Shown: in pieces, positions 45,475 to 54,580 of the stretch | Position numbering within the stretch: position 1 is the stretch's first letter | Layout: each line of letters starts with the position of its first letter | Assembly (NCBI GenBank): GCA_963816535.1 | Contig: CAWFKW010000006.1 | Coordinates: forward strand, 324,334 to 388,333 | Length of the DNA: 64,000 nt | Source of the DNA: an uncultured Ignavibacteria bacterium | Lineage (GTDB): Bacteria; Bacteroidota; Ignavibacteria; Tepidaquicellales; OLB5 | Reading direction: 5' to 3' | Program-made: the position numbers and the translations under genes | Notes under the pieces: generated by a model | The model's database searches: none | The model's input: the letters and a program-made list of their open reading frames with translations, nothing else | What the model was told of the DNA's origin: nothing

Positions 45475-48093
45475 TTAATACTTAATTTCAATATTGTCAT
45501 CACCCCCATCCGGGGATGCGATATTCAGCAGGTTCTGTTCAATATATGTGAGCGCCGATGCAGTTAAAACGTCTGAAACAGTTTCACCTCCGGGCACGGA
45601 ATAATAAACAAGTTTGAAGCGTTTGCCGATTCCCGTCTTACGTTTAGCATATTTGACGGCATCGTACAACCCTCCTATTTCATCAACAAGCCCTTTATTG
45701 ATTGCATCGGCGCCCAGCCAAACGTGTCCCTGCGCCACCTGTTCAACTTCTTCACGCGAGAGCTTTCTGCCCTGGGATACCGCGTCAACAAAGCGGTCAT
45801 AGTAAAAATCTATAAGCCCCTGGATTATCTCTATCTCCTGCGGAGTAAGCTTCCTGTAGTATGTGGCAATGTCTGAATTTTCCCCGCGCTTGAAATTTTC
45901 GACCTTAATTTTTTGCTGTTCCAGCAGGCTATCCACATTCGGCCGGGTTGTAAACACCCCAATGCTTCCGGTTATGGTAAGTTCATCCGAGAAAATCTTA
46001 TCGGCGCTTGCCGAAACGTAATAACCGCCCGATGCGGCCGCGCCGCCCATCGAAACATAGAAAGGTTTTCTGTATTTCTTCTTCAGCCTGATAACGGCGT
46101 CGTTAATTTCGCCCGATGCAAGCGCCGAGCCGCCGCCTGAATCGACGCGTAAAATTACGGCTTTAATTTTTGGGTTTGCAAATGCGTCTTCAAGCTGGCG
46201 GACAACGGATTCGGAACCTGTTGAGCGTCCGCCGCCCAAATAGGGAATTGGCAAAGTAACTGGCGGGGGAGGCTGGCTCTCGCCCGGCGTAATAGAAGCA
46301 TAAACTCCTATTATCGCAATGCCGTCAGGTTCGCCCCAATCATTATCCCACTCGCTCCGGTTAAGATACTTCACAACATTTGCGGTTTTTGTGTGGTCCT
46401 CGGATATTTTTTTCGCGTCATCATACCACCCAAGCTTATCGACCAGTCCCAGCCTTAGCGCGTCATTGGCGCTCATAGGCTGTGATATCTTTGTCTTCAT
46501 GTAATCATCCAAAATGATATTGCGTGCAGAAACAAGCCGCCCCATCATTTTTTCGTAAATAATATCCAGAACCCTGTTGATAACCTCTTTTCCTTCTTCA
46601 GATGATGAATCCAAAATTCCCTGGAAAGTGAGCTTGTATTTCCCTGCGTAAACATTCTGAAGTTCGATCCCGTATTTCTGCAGGAACTGTTTGTAGTTAA
46701 AAACGTTTATGCTCAGTCCATAAAAGAACAGTCCTTCTGGGGGGAGCACAATATCGTTTGCGTATGTGGCAATATAGTATTCCGCCGGGCCGGCGTCCTG
46801 CGGGAAGTAAGCGGTAATGGTTTTCTTCCTGGCCTTGAACCTGTCCATCGCCTCGCCAAGCTCCTCCAGCGGCGCGCTGATATCAAGCCTGCCGGTTGAG
46901 AGCGGGTAGATCCTCAGCAGCATTCCTTTCACCGAAGGGTCGTTTGCGGCAAAATCGATATCGGCAATAACTTCGTGAACGCTGCGTTTGGCTTTACCAA
47001 GCAGCCCGAAGAATACGTCATCTGTGTTATAATCCTGCAGGGATCCGGAAAGAGTTATTTCGATAACTCTTTTCTTTTCGGGAATGAAGCTTTCCTTTTT
47101 TTCTGAAAAGTAGGAAAATGAAAGTGAAGAACCGACATACTTATACCTGTTATTTGGGTAATAATTGAAAATATGTTCCCTCGTAATGACCGGGAAACCC
47201 CCGACAGTAACATCTCTTGTAACTGTGTTGCTGAGCGACTGGTTGTATCTTACCGATGCATGGGGGCTCTCAATCCTGAAGCCAACGCTGAACATATCGT
47301 TTTTAATATCATCATTGATCCTTGTAAAATTTGCGCTCAGTGAAATACCCGGAACCAACTTAACATCGGCTCCCAATTTTACCGAGTAATGGTCAAACGT
47401 TTCCTGGTTGGATCTTGGTGTAATTTTGAAATCTCCCAATAGCGTCAGCCTGTCATTTCTGAGCGGCCTGATAGCGAAACCCGCCATAAACAAATTCCCA
47501 ATATTATTATGAATTGACAGAGCTTCGCGGTTCTTATATACAAATGAAGCCGATACAAAATCTGTTGGACGGTATAATAAACCAAATCCGAACTTATAAC
47601 GCGAATTGGGCAGATAAAAATCCGCTAAACTGCCATCGTACTCAGTCATGAGGTACTCCATCAAAAGACCCGCTGACACAGTCTTGTTGCCGACCCCAAA
47701 TCCTAACGAAAATGTGTGCATTGTGTAACCGGCAGTATCAGTAAACGCAGGTATTCTTAATCCGTAATATGCGGATTCATAGACCGCTGAAAATATGTTT
47801 TCACGGACGTTTCTGTATGCAAGTCCAACTCTGCCGAAATTCAGCAGGTAATCGAATTCATCAACTCCGGAATTTCCGTTCAGAGTCTTTAAAAAAGCGT
47901 TTATTGTTGCGTTAAACTTATGATTTAAGCCCAGAACGGCCGGATTGTACCTGAAAGCGTTTGCGCCTTCGTCATATGCGGAAAATAAGTACAGCTCATT
48001 GGATGGATTGAGCAGATTGAAATCCTGGGCAAATGAATTTACTGAAAATCCAATTATGAATATTAAAACGGGCAGTAATGGATTTTTTTTCAT
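45475..48093 (-). CDS. sppA: Signal peptide peptidase SppA (67K type, two S49 domains) with an extra ~330-aa N-terminal beta-rich domain
   Basis: S49 motifs: DSGGGSALASGEI, GGAAASGGYYVSA, TGSIGVF. The N-terminal third shows alternating hydrophobic beta-strand patterns after a signal peptide. Confidence 0.8.
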   Translation of the reverse strand: MKKNPLLPVLIFIIGFSVNSFAQDFNLLNPSNELYLFSAYDEGANAFRYNPAVLGLNHKFNATINAFLKTLNGNSGVDEFDYLLNFGRVGLAYRNVRENIFSAVYESAYYGLRIPAFTDTAGYTMHTFSLGFGVGNKTVSAGLLMEYLMTEYDGSLADFYLPNSRYKFGFGLLYRPTDFVSASFVYKNREALSIHNNIGNLFMAGFAIRPLRNDRLTLLGDFKITPRSNQETFDHYSVKLGADVKLVPGISLSANFTRINDDIKNDMFSVGFRIESPHASVRYNQSLSNTVTRDVTVGGFPVITREHIFNYYPNNRYKYVGSSLSFSYFSEKKESFIPEKKRVIEITLSGSLQDYNTDDVFFGLLGKAKRSVHEVIADIDFAANDPSVKGMLLRIYPLSTGRLDISAPLEELGEAMDRFKARKKTITAYFPQDAGPAEYYIATYANDIVLPPEGLFFYGLSINVFNYKQFLQKYGIELQNVYAGKYKLTFQGILDSSSEEGKEVINRVLDIIYEKMMGRLVSARNIILDDYMKTKISQPMSANDALRLGLVDKLGWYDDAKKISEDHTKTANVVKYLNRSEWDNDWGEPDGIAIIGVYASITPGESQPPPPVTLPIPYLGGGRSTGSESVVRQLEDAFANPKIKAVILRVDSGGGSALASGEINDAVIRLKKKYRKPFYVSMGGAAASGGYYVSASADKIFSDELTITGSIGVFTTRPNVDSLLEQQKIKVENFKRGENSDIATYYRKLTPQEIEIIQGLIDFYYDRFVDAVSQGRKLSREEVEQVAQGHVWLGADAINKGLVDEIGGLYDAVKYAKRKTGIGKRFKLVYYSVPGGETVSDVLTASALTYIEQNLLNIASPDGGDDNIEIKY

Positions 48094-48167
48094 CTTATTG
48101 CGGTTTAGATTAACAGGCTTGCGAAATATTAGATTTAATTACTCAATATATAAATAAATTTAAAATT

Positions 48168-48701
48168 ATGTACCAGCAAATTTCCAATTTACTAAGGGTT
48201 TTCGGCGTTGCGCTATTTGTGTTGATCTCGTTCATTAACGCGAAAGCGCAGGACATAACCCTCAAAGAAGGCGACTTGGCGCCCGATTTTAAGCTCCAGT
48301 CCGATGACGGCAGCTGGATAAAGTTATCCGATTATAAGGGAAATTCCAATGTGGTGCTTTATTTTTATCCCAAAGATAAAACCACGGGCTGCACTAAGGA
48401 GGCATGCAGCTTCAGGGATAATATTTCGAAGATAACTGATCAAAACGCGGTGGTCCTTGGCGTTAGCGTGGATGACGTGGTTTCGCACAAATCTTTTAAG
48501 GATGATGACCACCTGAATTTTACGTTACTTGCAGATACAACTAAAGAAGTGTGTAAAGAGTATGGCGGACTGAACCAATACGGCATGGCAAACCGCGTGA
48601 CGTTCATAATCGGTAAAGACGGGACGATAAAGAAGATCTATCCGAATGTGGATGTGAATGAGCACTACAAAGAGATAATAGAAGAATTGGGAAAAATATA
48701 G
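48168..48701 (+). CDS. bcp: Thiol peroxidase Bcp (peroxiredoxin, AhpC/TSA family)
   Basis: VVLYFYPKDKTTGCTKEACSFRD peroxidatic-Cys motif. It has a signal-like N-terminus. Confidence 0.85.
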   Translation: MYQQISNLLRVFGVALFVLISFINAKAQDITLKEGDLAPDFKLQSDDGSWIKLSDYKGNSNVVLYFYPKDKTTGCTKEACSFRDNISKITDQNAVVLGVSVDDVVSHKSFKDDDHLNFTLLADTTKEVCKEYGGLNQYGMANRVTFIIGKDGTIKKIYPNVDVNEHYKEIIEELGKI

Positions 48702-48711
48702 AATGGTTAAT

Positions 48712-48770
48712 ACCTCACCCCCGGCCCCTCTCCATGTGGAGAGGGGTGGCGCGAAGCGACGGGGAGAGGT
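48712..48770. repeat. GC-rich nested hairpin repeat (CCCCTCTCCA..TGGAGAGGGG family)
   Basis: Outer arms ACCTCACCCC/GGGGAGAGGT enclose CCCCTCTCCAtgTGGAGAGGGG. Confidence 0.8.
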
Positions 48771-48826
48771 GAATTATGATTTATAGTATTTCAGTTTTGG
48801 GAGAATGAGAAAACAAGAAGAATCCC

Positions 48827-48858
48827 GTAGGGGCGGATAGAATTGTCCGCCCTTTTTT
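48827..48858 (+). terminator. REP-like hairpin plus T-run
   Basis: gtaGGGGCGGAtagaattgTCCGCCC followed by TTTTTT. Confidence 0.6.
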
Positions 48859-48953
48859 ATGGAATTTTATGCAGCAGTAGGGGACGCATCTCCGGGATGA
48901 TCTAGCCCGTAAAAGTTTTAACGACGGTTTGCGTAATATTGTTTTCAAAAACA

Positions 48954-49367
48954 TTTTCTAAGATGCGTCCCCTGCATGAAGAGAAATAGGAAGGCGATTT
49001 AAAGAATTCGTGCCACGACTTGGAGTCGTAGGCACGATAACATATTTCTATAGTGTTTTCTAAGATGCGTCCCCTGCATGAAGAGAAATGGGAAGGCGAT
49101 TTAAAGAATTCGTGCCACGACTTGGAGTCGTAGGCACGAGAAACATATTTTCGTGGCGCCTGCCTGTCCACGACTCCATCGAGTCGTTGACTCGTAGAGT
49201 TGCTGGCAGGCGACTTGGAGTCGTAGGCACGAGAAACATATTTTCGTGGCGCCTGCCTGTCCACGACTCCATCGAGTCGTTGACTCGTAGAGCTGCTGGC
49301 AGGCGACTTGGAGTCGTAGGCACGAGAAACATATTTCGTGGCACGACTTCCCGTCGTGCCTACGAAT
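48954..49367. repeat. Complex tandem array: 2 x 84-bp unit A (102-bp period), 2 x 93-bp unit B and a partial third B
   Basis: A at 48954-49037 and 49056-49139. B at 49140-49232 and 49233-49325 (1 mismatch). Partial B at 49326-49367. Every unit ends in GACTTGGAGTCGTAGGCACGA. Confidence 0.9.
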
Positions 49368-49484
49368 GAAATAGAGGGGGGCTGCGGGGTGAGGCGTAAA
49401 AAAAGGCTGCCCTTTTAAGACAGCCCCTTTGAAAATATTAGTTTATGATCCCGCTTTCAGCGGGATTGAAATAATCCTACCGGA

Positions 49485-51455
49485 TTATTTCAACAATATC
49501 ATTTTTCTTACGTCTGTAAATCCGTCGGCATTTATTCTGTAATAATAAATCCCGCTTGGCAAATTGGAACCGTCAAAGTTCAGGTCATGATCGCCGGCCT
49601 GGACAACCTGGTTAACAGGCGTGGCAACTACCCTGCCGAGAACATCGTACACTTTTAAAGTTACAAAGGTCGATTTAGGAACCTTGTAATATATTACAGT
49701 GGACGGGTTGAACGGATTCGGATAGTTTTGTAAAAGCTGGTACGCCTGAGGAACGTCTGTTCCGTTTCCCGAGATACCTGTAAAGTTGCCAACAAGAATA
49801 TTGAAATTGCGCGAGTGCACCCTCGGTCCGCCGGTCTCTGTTCCGGTTACAGTAACAGTATACGTTCCCAAAGGAACTGTAGCTGATACAACAGGGGTCA
49901 CCACTAACTGGTCAGGAGTTCCCGTTAAAACCTTAACGTTGCTGGGCGACCACTGGAACGTAATTGTTCCGGGCGACGGCGACGGAGTAACTGATTGAGT
50001 ATAAGTGACCGTGCCGGAATAATTGCCCATCATAGGAATGTAAACTATGTTAGGCACAGCGCCATTTTGTGAAATACTGTCAACTGCTCTGCTGAATGAA
50101 ATACCATAATCCGGCAGATAGGCTGTGAAATCAGCTTTACTGTTATTCTGTCCAACGTAACATGGGAAAGTCGGCGCCTTACCTGAAATACTCTGGTAAT
50201 CTCCGGCATAATTTGTGCTTCCCTGATTGAAAAAGCAGCTGTATGTGTTAAACGTCTGGTTGCTGACTTTAAAGTTAACGAAAGTATTTCCGCCGTCTGT
50301 TGATTCGCCGCACCACAATTCATTTAGCGTATTTGATGCGTCGTTTCTTGTGTCCCACCAGATCACCCAAACACGTCCCAGGTTATCAACTGAAACATCG
50401 GGCATCCACTGCTGGGTTGTGGTCGCGTCATCGTTTACTCTAACAGCTGTGCTCCATGTTGCGCCACCGTCAGTTGAGTGCGCGCAATAAACATCGGCTT
50501 CATCTGGTCCCGGCGGGTTTGTCGGGTAAACGTCATAAACATAACCTGCATGCGAGCCTGTTGTATTATCAATAGCTATGTGCGGCATTCCGTTTACGCG
50601 GATATTATTCTGTACGCATTGCCTCCCGCCGTAAGCATGTCCCGGCTGGCTATGGCTATCTGCCACTACTTCTGTAGACCATGTTGTGCCACCATCCGTA
50701 GATGTTCTCACGTTGGTGCCGCCTGTGCTGTTCCATGCAAGGTACACTTTTCCGTTTGCATCAACCGCTATATCGGGGCCCGGGTTGTTGCTGCTTGTTC
50801 CGAGATTAGCGCTGACAAGGGTCCATGTAGAACCGTTATTTGTGCTGCGCATAAGGGCTACACCGGCAGGGTTGACTGAAAAATTATCAAATGCTAAGTA
50901 AACATAATTTTTATAAGTTCCCTGTGTTTGGTCGGCGGCTATCCATTCCTTATCGATAGAAGCGATTCCACCGCCCGGCAGGAAAGGTATTGCCGTCCAG
51001 TTGACTCCCTGGTTAGAGGATTTATAAACAACAAATCCGTTAACGGCATTATTCAGCGTTGCAAGATAAAAATTATTCTGACCGTCCGCAGCAAATGCAG
51101 GGTCTCCCTGGTTGGCTGAAATAGTTGAAGCAGTCCAGTTCAAACCCGCGTCGCTTGTATAAAAGATTGATATGCCTCCGCCGAAGAACCCTGTTATCCT
51201 GTTATCAGTTGCGACAAAATTCAGCGGGTTTGAGGGATTTACAATTATGTCAGTTTCAAAGCCGCCCGGGGATGAGGTAACATAATAATTATCGAATGGC
51301 CCGTTTGATATGGCATCAATACCATATGGTTCGGGCGGCAAATACATTGGTTTCTCAACATGAAAGCGCGGCTGTGCAAAAGAAACGCTAACCATTAACG
51401 ATAGGGCGATAACTGCAAATAATCCCTTTGCAATTGCTGTAGTGAAGTTCTTCAT
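49485..51455 (-). CDS. BNR/Asp-box repeat beta-propeller protein with an extra Ig-like region and T9SS C-terminal sorting domain
   Basis: Asp-boxes TSDAGLNW, SSNQGVNW, STNNGSTW, STDGGTTW, STDGGATW and STDGGNTF. C-terminus reads NYPNPFNPSTVIYY...GIYYYRI..K. Confidence 0.8.
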   Translation of the reverse strand: MKNFTTAIAKGLFAVIALSLMVSVSFAQPRFHVEKPMYLPPEPYGIDAISNGPFDNYYVTSSPGGFETDIIVNPSNPLNFVATDNRITGFFGGGISIFYTSDAGLNWTASTISANQGDPAFAADGQNNFYLATLNNAVNGFVVYKSSNQGVNWTAIPFLPGGGIASIDKEWIAADQTQGTYKNYVYLAFDNFSVNPAGVALMRSTNNGSTWTLVSANLGTSSNNPGPDIAVDANGKVYLAWNSTGGTNVRTSTDGGTTWSTEVVADSHSQPGHAYGGRQCVQNNIRVNGMPHIAIDNTTGSHAGYVYDVYPTNPPGPDEADVYCAHSTDGGATWSTAVRVNDDATTTQQWMPDVSVDNLGRVWVIWWDTRNDASNTLNELWCGESTDGGNTFVNFKVSNQTFNTYSCFFNQGSTNYAGDYQSISGKAPTFPCYVGQNNSKADFTAYLPDYGISFSRAVDSISQNGAVPNIVYIPMMGNYSGTVTYTQSVTPSPSPGTITFQWSPSNVKVLTGTPDQLVVTPVVSATVPLGTYTVTVTGTETGGPRVHSRNFNILVGNFTGISGNGTDVPQAYQLLQNYPNPFNPSTVIYYKVPKSTFVTLKVYDVLGRVVATPVNQVVQAGDHDLNFDGSNLPSGIYYYRINADGFTDVRKMILLK

Positions 51456-51686
51456 TTGTGAAATAACATTAAATTTGAAAATAATGTAATAATATCACTT
51501 CAAAACCCTAAAATCAATAAACAAATTAGTATTTTAGTAACCAAATGCCTTAGCTTCTAATCAGTAGGTTCCGTTTACGCCGCTTCTTGCGGAAAAAGTT
51601 ACCTTTTATTTCAATCTTTGCTTGATTAATTTGTGTGATTGATACTGATTTTCACAATTTTCACTTAATCACACTACTCAATTTTT

Positions 51687-52607
51687 ATGTCATTATTAGT
51701 TGTAGGCTCGTTGGCTCTTGATACAATCGAAACACCCTTTGGCAAAGCGGAAAGAACTCTTGGGGGCTCCGCGACCTTCGTGTCGGTTGCCGCATCTTAC
51801 TTTCTTCAGCCGGTCAGGCTTGTTGGAGTCGTTGGCGGCGATTTCCCGAAAGAGGATATTGAATTCCTCAAAGACAGGGGCGTCGACCTGGAAGGGCTCC
51901 AGATCATCGAAGACGGGAAAACTTTCCACTGGCACGGCAAATATCACTATGACTTAAATTCGCGCGATACCATAACAACTGAATTAAACGTGTTCGCGGA
52001 TTTCGACCCGATAATCCCTGAGGCGTTCCAAAGAAGCTCATATCTATGTCTGGGGAATATAAACCCCGAGCTTCAGAAAAAAGTATTGCTGCAAATGTCA
52101 GGACCAAAACTTATTGTTGCAGATACTATGAATTTCTGGATTGAGGGGAAACACGATGCGCTGCTTGACGTTATTAAACATATTAATGTTTTGATAATAA
52201 ACGATTCTGAAGCAAGAGAGCTTTCGGGCGAAGCAAACCTGATAAAAGCGGCAAGGCGCATCGAAGAGATGGGACCGAAAACATTGATAATAAAAAAAGG
52301 CGAACACGGCGCCCTTTTGTTTCATGAGAACGAAATGTTCAGCGCGCCCGCTTACCCGCTCGAATCTATTTTTGACCCGACCGGCGCCGGCGATAGCTTC
52401 GCAGGCGGTTTTATAGGTTACCTTGCAAAGACAGATGATATCTCGTACGAGAATATGAAACGCGCCGTAGTTTACGGCAGCACAATCGCATCTTTCGCAG
52501 TAGAAAAGTTTTCGCTCGAGGGGATAAAGGACCTTTCATATTTTGAGATCAAAGACCGCTTCAACGAATTCAAAAGATTCTCGAGCTTCGACGCAAAAGA
52601 ACTTTAA
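51687..52607 (+). CDS. PfkB-family carbohydrate/nucleoside kinase
   Basis: N-terminal GSLALDTI..GGSA, and the C-terminal PfkB signature DPTGAGDSFAGGF. Confidence 0.8.
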   Translation: MSLLVVGSLALDTIETPFGKAERTLGGSATFVSVAASYFLQPVRLVGVVGGDFPKEDIEFLKDRGVDLEGLQIIEDGKTFHWHGKYHYDLNSRDTITTELNVFADFDPIIPEAFQRSSYLCLGNINPELQKKVLLQMSGPKLIVADTMNFWIEGKHDALLDVIKHINVLIINDSEARELSGEANLIKAARRIEEMGPKTLIIKKGEHGALLFHENEMFSAPAYPLESIFDPTGAGDSFAGGFIGYLAKTDDISYENMKRAVVYGSTIASFAVEKFSLEGIKDLSYFEIKDRFNEFKRFSSFDAKEL

Positions 52608-52622
52608 AGGCAATGAGTTGCT

Positions 52623-52693
52623 ACCTCTCCCCCTAACCCCCTCTCCACATGGAGAGGGGGAAGCGAACCCGAAGGGAGAGCAGGGGGTGAGGT
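52623..52693. repeat. GC-rich nested hairpin repeat
   Basis: ACCTCTCCCC...CCCCCTCTCCAcaTGGAGAGGGGG...GGGGGTGAGGT. Confidence 0.8.
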
Positions 52694-52716
52694 ATAAGAG
52701 AAAATTTCTCTGATGT

Positions 52717-53796
52717 ATGATTGATAAACTTGAATATACCAACAACCACGAGCTGGTTTACCTTGACCAGACTTTGCTGCCGCTAAAGGAAAAATACGTC
52801 AAGGCAAAAACTTACAAAGATGTTATAGACGCGATTGTTAAGCTCAAGATCCGGGGGGCGCCGCTGATAGGCATAGCCGCCGCTTACGGAGTTGTTATAG
52901 GCGTGCACAGCATCAAAACAGATAACAGGAAGAACTTTGAAATTCATTTTTTCAAAGTTATAGATGCTTTCAGAAATTCGCGCCCAACAGCTAAAAACCT
53001 GTTTTACGCTTTGGACAGAATGACAAAAGTTTATAATGAGAACTCCGGCAAAGATTTTTTGGATATTGAAGACGCGCTGCTTAGAGAGGCCGATAGCATA
53101 CTGGACGAAGATACCGAGATGTGCAAAAGGATTGGTGTTAACGGCTCGGACCTTATCGGTGAAAAATCTAACATAATTACCCACTGTAATACAGGCGAGC
53201 TTGCAACCGGAGGAATTGGAACGGCGCTTGGTATAATAACTACCGCCAAAACCCAGGGCAAGGATGTTTTTGTTTACGTTGACGAAACAAGGCCGCTTCT
53301 TCAGGGCGCAAGACTCACAACTTATGAGCTTGATAAAAATGATATTGATTACGACCTTATTATAGACTCGATGGCGGCAAACCTGATGAAGGAAGAACAG
53401 GTAGATTGCGTGATAATAGGCGCCGACAGGATAGCTTCCAACGGCGACGCCGTGAATAAAGTGGGAAGTTATTCGCTTGCAGTTAACGCCGCGTTTCACA
53501 AAATTCCGTTTTACGTTGCCGCCCCAAGCTCCACAATTGATTTTGATATCGAATCAGGGGATAAGATAAAGATCGAGGAACGCGACGCAGACGAGATAAG
53601 GACAATCAACGGTGAATATGTCACGGGCTCTCACGTGAACGTGATGAACCCTGCGTTTGACCTCGTCCCGAATGAGCTGATAACGGCGATAATAACCGAG
53701 TATAAGGTGCATTATGCGCCGTATAATTTTAAAGGATTAAAGCATATGTTCCGTTCGTATGTTCAAACGATATCTCATAAAGAAGATGAAGTGTAA
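52717..53796 (+). CDS. mtnA: S-methyl-5-thioribose-1-phosphate isomerase
   Basis: LDQTLLP..IRGAPLIGIAAAYG..RPTA.NL..THCNTGELAT..GTALG..VDETRPLLQGARLT..GADRIASNGDAVNKVG. Confidence 0.9.
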   Translation: MIDKLEYTNNHELVYLDQTLLPLKEKYVKAKTYKDVIDAIVKLKIRGAPLIGIAAAYGVVIGVHSIKTDNRKNFEIHFFKVIDAFRNSRPTAKNLFYALDRMTKVYNENSGKDFLDIEDALLREADSILDEDTEMCKRIGVNGSDLIGEKSNIITHCNTGELATGGIGTALGIITTAKTQGKDVFVYVDETRPLLQGARLTTYELDKNDIDYDLIIDSMAANLMKEEQVDCVIIGADRIASNGDAVNKVGSYSLAVNAAFHKIPFYVAAPSSTIDFDIESGDKIKIEERDADEIRTINGEYVTGSHVNVMNPAFDLVPNELITAIITEYKVHYAPYNFKGLKHMFRSYVQTISHKEDEV

Positions 53797-54525
53797 ATGC
53801 CCCAGGTAAAAACCGAAGCCATACTGCTGAAAGGAAACAATTACAGGGAGAGGAGCAAGATCCTTACTCTATACACACGCTCTCACGGGAAGATGAGCAT
53901 GATAGCCAAAGGGGTGAGGGACGTAAAGAGCCGGTGGGGCGGAGTACTGCAGTCTATGGCGCATCTGAATATTATTTTTTATTATAACGAGAACCGCACG
54001 CTTCATCTTATTACGGGCGCCGATTATGCCGGATCGTTCAGCGGAATTTACGGCGATTTTGAAAAAATGCAGATCGGCTTCAGAATTATTGAGCTGCTGA
54101 ACAAAACTACCGAGGAACACCAGGATAACGAAGAATTGTTTTCACTGGCAGTCTCGTCACTTGAAAGGCTTGACGAAGCAACTAAAAATTATGTAAATTT
54201 GTTATTTAATTTTGAGATTTGCCTGGCAAAGATACTGGGCTTCGAGCTAAACCCTGAGGCTCCCGCCGGCGTCTTATTTACAGGAGGCGGCTCTGTTGGT
54301 GACGGATTTTACCGGAACCTTTCTTTATCGAAAGGCGACTTAAAAACAATAAATACAATAGCTGAAGGGAACTTTAATAGCCTGATGGCTCTTAATATTT
54401 CAGAAGCTTCCGGGAAAAATCTGGACAGGTTCTTTGATATGTACTTCAGGATCCACATTGAAAATTTGAGTATTTCTAAAACACAAAAAGTGATAAATTC
54501 GAAGGAGTTTTCTATTAGAGCCTGA
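53797..54525 (+). CDS. recO: DNA repair protein RecO
   Basis: N-terminal OB-fold pattern EAILLKGNNYRERSKILTLYTRSHGKMSMIAKGVR. Length of 242 aa fits. Confidence 0.75.
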   Translation: MPQVKTEAILLKGNNYRERSKILTLYTRSHGKMSMIAKGVRDVKSRWGGVLQSMAHLNIIFYYNENRTLHLITGADYAGSFSGIYGDFEKMQIGFRIIELLNKTTEEHQDNEELFSLAVSSLERLDEATKNYVNLLFNFEICLAKILGFELNPEAPAGVLFTGGGSVGDGFYRNLSLSKGDLKTINTIAEGNFNSLMALNISEASGKNLDRFFDMYFRIHIENLSISKTQKVINSKEFSIRA

Positions 54526-54580
54526 AAAACTACGGATTGATTTAACAAAAGTAAAATAAATCATAAGGAGAATCATTAAA

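Noticed and set aside
48954-49367. Possible CRISPR array
   Set aside because: The units are contiguous at 84-93 bp with no unique spacers between constant short repeats. No cas genes are present in the window.
48902-49369. Three overlapping ORFs (120, 94 and 93 aa) on both strands across the tandem array
   Set aside because: Their internally repetitive sequences (for example VPTTPSRLPA, GVVGTRNIF) simply follow the DNA repeat units in three frames. They have no start context or family features, so they are translation artefacts of the repeats.
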